64,000 nt of DNA. It comes from Thermoproteota archaeon. GTDB taxonomy: Archaea; Thermoproteota; Thermoprotei; Gearchaeales; Gearchaeaceae. Below, piece after piece: positions 37,395-46,208 of the stretch (position 1 is its first letter; each line of letters opens with the position of its first letter). The stretch covers positions 802 through 64,801 of the forward strand of contig JAJPJK010000009.1 of the NCBI GenBank assembly GCA_021324265.1. The letters are read 5' to 3'. A program made the translations under genes and the position numbers. The notes below the pieces were generated by a model that saw nothing but the letters and a program-made list of their open reading frames with translations, was not told the DNA's origin and did not search any database.

Positions 37395-39274
37395 AAATTA
37401 GAAAAGTAGTTATATCTTTTTTTGTGATTATATTAATTTTATTATCTTTATTCATGTTCAACAATCCTATCCAACAAGTATACATAAGCATTCAGACATC
37501 CCTAAATCCTTCTACGGCCAATGAGAGCATTCCTTCCTCTATCGCACTTCTTCAAATTTATAATGGTATTTTCTCTTCGATAAACGAAGAAAATTTTACA
37601 AAAGCTAAAGATTCAATAAGCAGTTTAAATTTTGCTTACTTTCCTTCCAAATTTAAATTTATAGTAAATAGATTTAATTCTCTATTGAATATGACAATTG
37701 ATGATCTATCATTAATAAAGAATTACATTGAAAAAGCTAATAAGGCTTTAAAAATTGGAAATCTCACAAAGGCAAAAGAAATAATTGATGAGGCTAACAA
37801 GACCTATGAGGACGCAAATGCAACAATAAACGAACTTTTTTTGGCATTAAACAGTTTTTCATCCTCTATCAATGTGCCTTTAGCAACGATGCAGAGTAAT
37901 CTGGAGAATTTAAAACAGAAACTCGATTCCTATCTTCAAGAGATTTTAGAGCTCAGCGAAGAAATAATGGCATATTCAATGCTCAAGCCAGTGAGCCTGA
38001 TCATTGAAACAACGGTAACAAGCGTATGGACAGGCGGAACAATTGATATCTACGGCAATCTTACGAGTAATGGAACTGCTCTGGCTGGCAAAAAAATAAG
38101 CATATTTATAGATACGAAGAATGTCACGAGCATAAATACTGATGCCGAAGGCAGGTTTGTGTTCACGTATAGCCTACCATACATTTACAGAGAAAAATTA
38201 GAGATCTTCGCCTCCTATATTCCTAGTGGACAGGATGCGAATGTCTATGCCCCTGCAATTTCGAACACGTTGTTCATTAACATCCAGTATTATAAACCGA
38301 GCATAGAGATAACATACCCCCAAGTTGTGCTACCATCAAAAATCTACACTTTTGAAGGCTACGTATTGCTAAATGAAACCTATTTGGATAATATCAAGGT
38401 ATTGCTTAAGTTTCAGAATCAAACGTGTTTAGCGCAAACCAATAAGGGCTATTTCAGCTGCGAACTTGAGATACCTTCAAATGTGCAAGAAGGAAATTAC
38501 ACCTTTCACGTCTCTACCTATCCTAATGGAACGATAGGCCCGTTTAGCAATGATTACATGATCGAAGTCAAGAAACTAGATTTGGACATAAACCTTAATT
38601 ATTCAGGAATAACCATTGCCGGCTTAAATGTTGTCATAGATGGTTCAGTTTCATTAAATAATACACCTGTGTCCAATGCGCAGATACTCTTACTAAATTA
38701 CCTATCAGCCAATTCCACATACACTGATTCTCAAGGTAGGTTCAAAATCAGTGTACCCATAAGTGCGCTCTACTTCGGTTGGGACTACGAGATACTAATA
38801 AAGATATCACCTGCATTGCCATACGCGAAGGATAAAACTGTAATTGCGAGGGTTTACGTCTTTAATGGATTCACCATGGCATCTCTGATAATACTAACAT
38901 CGGTTTCTTCATACATGATTTATTCATACAGCCGTAAGAAGAAGCCTGAAAGGAAGGAAGAAAAGGAGATTGTAAAGGAAGAGCCTGAGGAGACCGTTGT
39001 GGTCCATGAAAAAGCCTACAGCGGAATATTGAAGATATATTATTTAGCTACTTCTTTAGCGGAGAAAGTTTCTGGTATAAAACTCCTTAAGCACTATACA
39101 ATTAGAGAATACTGCAATATGATTGAAAATAAGATCAGAGCCTTTCCTTCTTTTCTTGAGATTTCCATGCTTACAGAGAAACATCTTTACTCTGGAGAGG
39201 CTGAAGATGAGAAAGACATAAAGAAGGCAGAAGAGGAATACAGAAGGCTAGAAGAAGAGAATGGTGGACTTTAG
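37391..39274 (+). CDS. large sequon-rich surface protein: N-terminal anchor, helical region, three beta-sandwich-like modules, TM helix, cytoplasmic DUF4129-like tail
   Basis: TTG start. 16 N-x-S/T sequons. Repeated DAEGRFVFTYSLP / DSQGRFKISVP (CarboxypepD_reg-like) modules. TM MASLIILTSVSSYMIY followed by a KKKPERKEEKE stop-transfer. Tail HYTIREYCNMIE...EKHLYSGE resembles DUF4129. Confidence 0.55.
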   Translation: MKIRKVVISFFVIILILLSLFMFNNPIQQVYISIQTSLNPSTANESIPSSIALLQIYNGIFSSINEENFTKAKDSISSLNFAYFPSKFKFIVNRFNSLLNMTIDDLSLIKNYIEKANKALKIGNLTKAKEIIDEANKTYEDANATINELFLALNSFSSSINVPLATMQSNLENLKQKLDSYLQEILELSEEIMAYSMLKPVSLIIETTVTSVWTGGTIDIYGNLTSNGTALAGKKISIFIDTKNVTSINTDAEGRFVFTYSLPYIYREKLEIFASYIPSGQDANVYAPAISNTLFINIQYYKPSIEITYPQVVLPSKIYTFEGYVLLNETYLDNIKVLLKFQNQTCLAQTNKGYFSCELEIPSNVQEGNYTFHVSTYPNGTIGPFSNDYMIEVKKLDLDINLNYSGITIAGLNVVIDGSVSLNNTPVSNAQILLLNYLSANSTYTDSQGRFKISVPISALYFGWDYEILIKISPALPYAKDKTVIARVYVFNGFTMASLIILTSVSSYMIYSYSRKKKPERKEEKEIVKEEPEETVVVHEKAYSGILKIYYLATSLAEKVSGIKLLKHYTIREYCNMIENKIRAFPSFLEISMLTEKHLYSGEAEDEKDIKKAEEEYRRLEEENGGL

Positions 39275-40220
39275 GATAGTTATCTTGAGCGGTGTCGCAT
39301 CATTATTGCTTTCTCTAACGATGGTTTATTATTATCCGTATATATCCGCAATTCCGCAGCCTGATTTTTATCCCCAAAATAACTCATGGAACGGACTGAT
39401 GGACTTCGTTAGAACCTACAATGCCTCGATAATCACAGACCTCAATGACCTACCGATCAAGGGTAGCGGCTTTGATCTATTCATAGTTGGACCGTATTAC
39501 AATTTCACTGTCGATGAAACGAATAGAATAAAAGATTTCTTAGCGAGCGGAGGAAAACTGATCATTGCTGACAATTTCGGTAGCGGAAACTCTCTTCTAA
39601 CATATCTTGGGCTTGATAGTAAATTTTCAAAGAAAACTGTCAATGATGCCGTATTCTATGTAAGAAACAGCATGATAATCGAATCATTGAATTCCTCCAT
39701 TCCCAATGTCAAGGTACTTGCCTTTGGGCCTGCAAGCTATGTAGAGGTAAATGACACAAGTGCAAAGGTCCTGGCATGGTCTAGCTCCTTCAGCTATGTT
39801 GAAGAAGGAAATTCTGAAAAGACCGGCCCTTTCCCCTTAATTGTAAGTATAGAATATTTGAATGGATCCATCATTCTTGTATCAAGTCCTACAATCTTCA
39901 CCAACTATTTCCTCACGCTCTATGACAACGCTTATGCAGTTAAATTCTTAGCAAATGGGAAGGTAATACTATTTACCTCAAAGCTCAAATATAGCATGCT
40001 TTACAACTTCTGGTATGCCGAAAATGAGTTCATAATCTCCATGAAGAGCGCTGGTGTTGACTTCATAGTCTTTTCTCTTTTATCCTTGGGGGTATTCATT
40101 ACACTAATTTATGAACCTAGAAGAGAGAAAATCGTTGATAAACTGACTGCTTTAATAAACGAGCACCCGGATTGGGATATAAATATCTTAAAGAGATTAA
40201 AAGAGGATATTGAGAAATGA
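39261..40220 (+). CDS. DUF4350-like membrane-anchored extracellular protein
   Basis: N- and C-terminal TM helices. GGKLIIADNFGSGNSLLTYLGL block. 6 sequons. Sits upstream of moxR as in DUF4350-MoxR-DUF58 clusters. Confidence 0.5.
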   Translation: MVDFRIVILSGVASLLLSLTMVYYYPYISAIPQPDFYPQNNSWNGLMDFVRTYNASIITDLNDLPIKGSGFDLFIVGPYYNFTVDETNRIKDFLASGGKLIIADNFGSGNSLLTYLGLDSKFSKKTVNDAVFYVRNSMIIESLNSSIPNVKVLAFGPASYVEVNDTSAKVLAWSSSFSYVEEGNSEKTGPFPLIVSIEYLNGSIILVSSPTIFTNYFLTLYDNAYAVKFLANGKVILFTSKLKYSMLYNFWYAENEFIISMKSAGVDFIVFSLLSLGVFITLIYEPRREKIVDKLTALINEHPDWDINILKRLKEDIEK

Positions 40221-41146
40221 ACAGGCAGATCGTTAAGAACTTGCTGGAAAGTATCAGCTCAGTAATTATCGGACAGGAAGAAACGATACAAAAACTACTT
40301 GCATGCACACTTGCTGAAGGCCATGCGTTACTTGAAGGGCCTCCGGGTGTGGGTAAGACAACACTGGCAAAAGTGCTCTCTATTTGCTTAGGGGGAGCTT
40401 TTAGGAGAATACAGATGACTCCAGACCTTCTTCCGAGCGATATAATAGGCTCAAGCTATTTTGACGTAAAGGAAGGGGTATTCAAAATAAGACAAGGGCC
40501 AATATTCGCGAATGTACTGCTAATAGATGAGCTCAATAGGGCATCACCCAGGACTCAATCTGCTTTACTCGAAGCTATGCAAGAAAGGCAGGCAACGATT
40601 GAAGGAAATACATTCTCATTACCAAGGCCCTTCATAATAATAGCCACACAAGGTCCAAGCGCAATAGCAGGGACTTTTCCTCTAACAGAAGTACAGCTAG
40701 ATAGGTTTGCAATGAAGTTGATAAGTGGAATACCTTCAAGAGAAATAGAGAAGAAAATAGTCGCAAATATAGATGAAATAGAGCAATTAAAGATAAAACC
40801 TGTACTTACTTTAAGTGATGCCATAAGGTTAATTGATGAAGCAAAAGGAATTAAGATTTCTGAAAGAATACTTGACTATATATTGAATATAATAGAGCAA
40901 ATCCGTAATGATAAAAGAATAAGACTCCCTCCAAGCCCTAGAGCTTCGATATGGCTTTATAAAATAGGCAGGGTCTTCGCTTACTTAGATGGAAGAAACT
41001 ACATGATACCTGATGATGTGAAACGCATAGCGCATGAGGTCCTGAGACATAGAATATATTTGAAGACAGAATGGGAACTTGAGGGGATTGAACCAGATAC
41101 GATAATAAGGGAGACACTAGAAAGCGTCGCAGTTCCACGTGAATGA
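40217..41146 (+). CDS. moxR: MoxR-family AAA+ ATPase
   Basis: Walker [10 protein letters not shown], Walker B LLIDELNRA, TQSALLEAMQERQ; 309 aa. Confidence 0.9.
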   Translation: MNRQIVKNLLESISSVIIGQEETIQKLLACTLAEGHALLEGPPGVGKTTLAKVLSICLGGAFRRIQMTPDLLPSDIIGSSYFDVKEGVFKIRQGPIFANVLLIDELNRASPRTQSALLEAMQERQATIEGNTFSLPRPFIIIATQGPSAIAGTFPLTEVQLDRFAMKLISGIPSREIEKKIVANIDEIEQLKIKPVLTLSDAIRLIDEAKGIKISERILDYILNIIEQIRNDKRIRLPPSPRASIWLYKIGRVFAYLDGRNYMIPDDVKRIAHEVLRHRIYLKTEWELEGIEPDTIIRETLESVAVPRE

Positions 41147-42441
41147 TTAACTTTACAAAGCTAGGAAAATTACTTTTTTCAATAGATCTATCCTCGATAT
41201 TAATATCTTTATTTTTTTCAAATTACTATCTTTTAGCGATCTTTATAATTTCTTTTTTTATATTAATTTATGACTATCTCGATGCAAGAAAAATCTTGAC
41301 AAAGCCTCCCATAGAAATCATGCCAAATCGACTTTCGAAGAGCGTTATAAGAGGAGAAGTGCTACATATGGACCTCAAGTTCAAATCTAAAAGAAATTTT
41401 GAACCAGTTAATACCAAAGAATTCAAAATAGAAAAGAAAAACGATACGCTAAGCATTCAACTAAATGCCGACAGGATTGGCACGAAAGTTTTGAATGAAA
41501 TAAAAATCAAAATGCCCAGTAAGCTAAAACTATTCAACATAGAAACTAGTGCAAAACTTGAGCTGGAAATACGCATAAAACCAAAAATCGTGGCCATAGC
41601 TATGGAGATCTTGGGTATTCTTGAGGGCTTGAGAAAAGGCAGAGGAGGCATGATGATGGGGGAGACGGTTTCTAGGTTCATCGGTCATGGCTTTGAATAT
41701 CTGGGTTCAAGGGAATATCACCCCGGAGATGATTTGAGAAGAATAGATTGGAAGGCAACTGCTAGGAGGTTTCAGTTAATGATTAAGGAATTCCATCGAG
41801 AAATGGGAGGAAGGATAGGTTTGATATATTCAAATTACAACATAGGTCCGAATACGAATGACGATATGGTTTCAGATTTTTTGCTCATTTTACTGAATGC
41901 AGCAAAAGAAGATATACCTGTAAAGGTAACGATGATAGAAAACGGACAAATTATAGATATTCCTGTTTCCGATCCTACGGAGATACTTGCAATCTGTCTA
42001 GATAGATTACTTAAATACAGTGGAGTATCCTATGAGGAAATTTATCAGATAATTGAGGAAGACCCTTACTTCAGAGATTTTAAGCTCATGAATCTTGAAA
42101 GATTCCAAGAATTCGTTAAGCTCTCAAAAGAAAAAGTAATGAGAGATGCCAAAATAGGAAAAAATTTCATGTCATTTTTTGAACCCGAAAATAGCAATGA
42201 AACTGAAGCAATTATTATATTTTCAAGTCTTATCAAGGATTCAAGACTGATCTCTAGCTCTGCTCTAATGATGAGATTTCCGAACGTAAGGCTCTACATA
42301 GCATATCATTCCAAACCATGGCTTGATGCAAAGAATCTTGAGGAGGCCTATTTGATGTACAAAAAGATGAACAGCGTGCTAAATTATTTAACCAAAATAG
42401 GTTGCGAAACACTAGCTGTACCAATACTCAAACCCAAATAG
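41143..42441 (+). CDS. DUF58-domain protein (MoxR partner, vWA-related)
   Basis: Two N-terminal TM helices. Signature GSREYHPGDDLRRIDWKATAR. ATGA overlap with moxR. Confidence 0.8.
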   Translation: MINFTKLGKLLFSIDLSSILISLFFSNYYLLAIFIISFFILIYDYLDARKILTKPPIEIMPNRLSKSVIRGEVLHMDLKFKSKRNFEPVNTKEFKIEKKNDTLSIQLNADRIGTKVLNEIKIKMPSKLKLFNIETSAKLELEIRIKPKIVAIAMEILGILEGLRKGRGGMMMGETVSRFIGHGFEYLGSREYHPGDDLRRIDWKATARRFQLMIKEFHREMGGRIGLIYSNYNIGPNTNDDMVSDFLLILLNAAKEDIPVKVTMIENGQIIDIPVSDPTEILAICLDRLLKYSGVSYEEIYQIIEEDPYFRDFKLMNLERFQEFVKLSKEKVMRDAKIGKNFMSFFEPENSNETEAIIIFSSLIKDSRLISSSALMMRFPNVRLYIAYHSKPWLDAKNLEEAYLMYKKMNSVLNYLTKIGCETLAVPILKPK

Positions 42442-42442
42442 C

Positions 42443-43333
42443 TTGGAGAAGTTCAACATAGTAGCGATCCTTCCAGCTTATAACGAGGAAGGAAAGATAG
42501 CGAAGGTTTTGGTAAAGACTCTCAAGCATGTATCGAAGGTAATCGTTGTAGATGATGGTTCAAATGACTATACAGCGGAGATAGCTGAAAGGATGGGAGC
42601 AATTGTTTACCGCCATGGAGAGCGCTTGGGAAAAGGAGAAGCTCTTAAAACAGGCTTCGAAATCGCTAAAAAACTGGGCGCAGATATCATCGTTACGCTC
42701 GATGCAGACGGCCAGCATGATCCGGATGAGATACCTCTTGTAATTGAGCCTATAATGAAAGGTGAGGCGGATATCGTGATAGGATCTAGGACTCTATCCA
42801 ATTCCAAAATACCTACAATAAGGAAGATTGGGAATGATGTATTGAACAAGGTAACGAACATAGCTTCAGGGCTGAAGCTAACCGATACGCAGAGTGGCTT
42901 CAGGGCTTTTACTAGGAAGGCTATCGAGATGATCGAGGTCAAGGATCATGGCATGGGAGTAGAATCGCAGATCCTTATTGATGCAGCAGATAAAAAGCTA
43001 AGGATAAAGGAGGTGCCTATAAGCGTTAAGTATGGCAAGGATACCTCTACATATAACTTCCTAAAGCACGGCTCGTATGTCTTCATCGTCATATTGAGGA
43101 CGATTATAGAGAGAAGCCCATTGCTCTATCTAGGGCTTCCTGGCATAGCTGTTGGAGCCGTTGGCCTCGCGCTCACGATATGGTTGCTCGCTCTTTACAA
43201 TACCGAGCGATACTTCAGCATACCTCTCGCTATTCTAGCTCTTGGAGGCATACTGCTAGGCGTAATACTAGTAGTTACTGCACTTCTTTTATATGCGATA
43301 AACAACCTGCATGCAAGGCTAAGAAGAGTATGA
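42443..43333 (+). CDS. family-2 glycosyltransferase, dolichyl-phosphate hexose synthase-like
   Basis: TTG start 1 nt after the DUF58 stop. ILPAYNEE, VVDDGSNDYT, LDADGQHD (DxD). Two C-terminal TM helices as in GtrB/DPM1-type enzymes. Confidence 0.85.
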   Translation: MEKFNIVAILPAYNEEGKIAKVLVKTLKHVSKVIVVDDGSNDYTAEIAERMGAIVYRHGERLGKGEALKTGFEIAKKLGADIIVTLDADGQHDPDEIPLVIEPIMKGEADIVIGSRTLSNSKIPTIRKIGNDVLNKVTNIASGLKLTDTQSGFRAFTRKAIEMIEVKDHGMGVESQILIDAADKKLRIKEVPISVKYGKDTSTYNFLKHGSYVFIVILRTIIERSPLLYLGLPGIAVGAVGLALTIWLLALYNTERYFSIPLAILALGGILLGVILVVTALLLYAINNLHARLRRV

Positions 43334-44505
43334 AGAAAATAACGATTATATCGCAGTACTGGGAGCCAGATATGAATGGAGATGTAGTCAGGCTGAAGAA
43401 TTACATTGGATTGCTGCTAAAGCTTGGATTCGAGATAACGCTCATAACTGCGATACCCAACTATCTAACATATAAAAGGAAAGAAGCCAAGGTTGGGATC
43501 GAAAAAAGAGAAAGGCTCAAGATAATAAGGTTATGGATGCCCAAGCTTGTGCACAAAGGATTGGCTAGTAGGCTAATTCTATATTTGAGCTTCATGATAT
43601 TCGCTTCGCTACCTACATTGATCTATGCTAGGAAAAGCTATATTTGGGCATTCTCTCAGAGGGTCTTCTCAACACTCGCCGCATTGCCTGCGAAGCTGCT
43701 ATTCAGAGTTAAGCTTTATTCGGATATAACAGATATTTGGCCTGAAGCGTTGATCAATACGGATTATGCCAGTGAGGATTCATTATTCTATAAAATGGGT
43801 AGATTCATAGCAAAGATAGCCTATAGATCCAGCGATAAGATCCTTGTGCTAAGCGAAGATATGAAGAAGCAAATCGCCAATCGATATGGTTTAGATCCAA
43901 AGAGGGTATTTGTATTGGAGAACTTCATGCCGAGCAGAGAAATAGATTTACCAAACATGAACGGAGAGCTCAGAGTGCTTTATTATGGGAATCTTGGAAA
44001 GAACTACGATTTCGATGCGATAATTGAGCTGGCAAAGGAACTTAAGCGAGAAAAGATCAAGTTCATCATCATAGGATCTGGGGAGATGGAATATGAAATC
44101 ATTGAGAACATAAAAAGGAACGGGCTCACAAATGTTGAATTCATCAACAGGATGCTTGAAGAAGCAAAGCTAAAAGCCTTTGTTAAGGATGCACAAGTTT
44201 TAATTTTGCCTATGCGTCATCAAGTCATAGAGGACGTCTCATTCCCAACGAAATTAATAGACTATCTCCATTCAGGCAGGGTAATACTTTACATAGGGAA
44301 TGGATATTGCTTAAGGCTAATTAATGGCCATAAGGCAGGAATTGGACTAGATAAGTTCGAGAAGGAAAAGCTTGTTGATTTCCTAAGAACGTTAAGTAAT
44401 AACGCTGAGATGATAAAGGAATATGCAACGAATGCAAAAAGACTTGCGGAAGAGATGTTTTCTGAAATGAACGCCACTGCGAAAATTAAAATCCTCTTTC
44501 AGTGA
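43330..44505 (+). CDS. family-4 (GT-B) glycosyltransferase
   Basis: Start at ATG 43330 (MKKITIISQYWEP), ATGA overlap with the GT2 stop. C-terminal GT-B pattern LILPMR...FPTKLIDYLHSGRVIL. Confidence 0.8.
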   Translation: MKKITIISQYWEPDMNGDVVRLKNYIGLLLKLGFEITLITAIPNYLTYKRKEAKVGIEKRERLKIIRLWMPKLVHKGLASRLILYLSFMIFASLPTLIYARKSYIWAFSQRVFSTLAALPAKLLFRVKLYSDITDIWPEALINTDYASEDSLFYKMGRFIAKIAYRSSDKILVLSEDMKKQIANRYGLDPKRVFVLENFMPSREIDLPNMNGELRVLYYGNLGKNYDFDAIIELAKELKREKIKFIIIGSGEMEYEIIENIKRNGLTNVEFINRMLEEAKLKAFVKDAQVLILPMRHQVIEDVSFPTKLIDYLHSGRVILYIGNGYCLRLINGHKAGIGLDKFEKEKLVDFLRTLSNNAEMIKEYATNAKRLAEEMFSEMNATAKIKILFQ

Positions 44506-46208
44506 TGGCGAATAACATAACAGTCCTAGGAATCAACGACGGCCACGATTGCGGTGCAGCGCTCATAAGAAACGGAAAGATATTGGCGGCCGTTCAAGAG
44601 GAGAGGCTATCGAACATAAAGCATCACAGCGGAACACCGAAGTTAGCGATAAGGGAGGTATACAAGATAGCTGGCATAGATCCAAAGGAAACGAATGCAA
44701 TAGCGATCGTTAGCCTGAATAGAGTTTACTCTCCACTTGAGGAATACCCTCTTAAAGTTAGGATTTTCGAAAAGGCTTCAAGATTCTTTCACGGCAAGAG
44801 CTTCGCTAAACTATATGTTTCTATACTTCACAAGTTCAGACCAATAAAGGAGTTGATGGAAATATTTAGCGAGCTTGGCATAGAGGATAAAGAAGTTAGA
44901 TTTGTTGAGCACCACTTAGCGCATGCTTCATGCGCTTATAGAACAAGCCCTTGGGGCTATGATAAGCCAGTCTTAGTTATGACCTCAGATGGCGCAGGAG
45001 ATGGAGTTTCAGCCACTGTCAATATTGCAGAGAAAGGCGAGATAACTAGGATAGCATGGTCAACGTTCTACAATTCGCTAGGCAACGCTTTCTATAGCGA
45101 GATAACTCGCTATCTTGGCATGAAGCCCTGGGATCACGAATACAAGGTCATGGGTCTTGCGCCATATGGCAAGCCTGAACTTTGCTTGGAAAAGATGAAG
45201 AAGATCATAAGGATAAATCCGAAGAACAAGCTAGAATTCGAGAATACATTCGGTTCTTATCTCAAATCGATGCAGCCAAAGCTTAGGAAGCTCCTAGCAT
45301 ATGAGAGATTTGATAACATCGCAGCAGCATGCCAGCTATATTTCGAGATGCTCGTATGTGAATGGGTAGAGAATGCCATAAAGAAAACGGGAATAAGTCA
45401 TGTTGCCTTCGCAGGAGGTAACTTCTTGAATGTCAAAGCAAACAAGAGGATTTTGGAGCTAGAAAGCGTTGAAGATGCCTTTTTCTATCCAGCATGCGGA
45501 GATGATGGAACACCTGTTGGCGCAGCTTTGCAGGCCTATTATGAAATATGCAAAGAAGAAGGCATAAAGCCTGAGTTCCATCCACTTGAAGATCTTTACT
45601 ATGGACCTAGTTATGATGACGAGGAAATAAGAGAGGTGCTTAAGAAAGAGGGAATGCTTGAAAAAGCTGAGAAATATAGCGATATAAATGGCGTTGTAGG
45701 CGAAATGCTCACCAAAGGGAAAATAGTGGCGAGATTTGATGGGAGGGTTGAATGGGGACCAAGGGCACTGGGCAATAGAAGTATACTTGCAGATGCAAGG
45801 GATTTCAGAGTGATTAGGAAATTGAACAGCGCGATAAAACAAAGAGATTTCTGGATGCCCTTCGCTCCTACGATACTCGAGGAAAGGATTGATGAATACC
45901 TTATCGATGCGAGGCCAGCTAGATATATGATACTCGCTTTCGATACCACTGAAAAGCGAGATGAGATCATCGCTGCAATACATCCCCAAGATTTCACTGC
46001 AAGGCCACAAACGTTAAATGATTGGAACGAAGGATATAGGAAGATATTAAAGGAATTCGAAAATATAACAGGTGTTGGAGGGATTCTCAATACCAGCTTC
46101 AATCTCCACGGCTATCCCATCGTAGGTACACCTGAGCTAGCAATATGGACACTTAAGAACTCTGGACTTGAGTATTTAGCAATTGGAAGCTACTTGGTAA
46201 GGAAGTAA
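44502..46208 (+). CDS. NodU/CmcH-family carbamoyltransferase
   Basis: LGINDGHDCGAALI, QEERLSNIKH, EHHLAHA, GPRALGNRSILAD, NTSFNLHGYPIV. Start is GTG 44502 or ATG 44505. Confidence 0.9.
   Translation: MMANNITVLGINDGHDCGAALIRNGKILAAVQEERLSNIKHHSGTPKLAIREVYKIAGIDPKETNAIAIVSLNRVYSPLEEYPLKVRIFEKASRFFHGKSFAKLYVSILHKFRPIKELMEIFSELGIEDKEVRFVEHHLAHASCAYRTSPWGYDKPVLVMTSDGAGDGVSATVNIAEKGEITRIAWSTFYNSLGNAFYSEITRYLGMKPWDHEYKVMGLAPYGKPELCLEKMKKIIRINPKNKLEFENTFGSYLKSMQPKLRKLLAYERFDNIAAACQLYFEMLVCEWVENAIKKTGISHVAFAGGNFLNVKANKRILELESVEDAFFYPACGDDGTPVGAALQAYYEICKEEGIKPEFHPLEDLYYGPSYDDEEIREVLKKEGMLEKAEKYSDINGVVGEMLTKGKIVARFDGRVEWGPRALGNRSILADARDFRVIRKLNSAIKQRDFWMPFAPTILEERIDEYLIDARPARYMILAFDTTEKRDEIIAAIHPQDFTARPQTLNDWNEGYRKILKEFENITGVGGILNTSFNLHGYPIVGTPELAIWTLKNSGLEYLAIGSYLVRK

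Noticed and set aside
43180-43329. 50-codon N-terminal extension of the GT4 ORF listed in the track
   Set aside because: The extension overlaps the C-terminal TM region of the upstream GT2 gene in another frame. ATG 43330 gives a typical GT4 N-terminus (MKKITIISQYWEP) and an ATGA junction.
45459-46102. Two long minus-strand ORFs (183 and 163 aa) inside the carbamoyltransferase gene
   Set aside because: They are antisense to a gene with strong family motifs and are low-complexity (Ser/Phe/Ile-rich). They are explained by the purine-rich sense codons that avoid antisense stops. The same explanation applies to the antisense ORFs in cdc48, sufB/D, glmS, pstS and others in the track.
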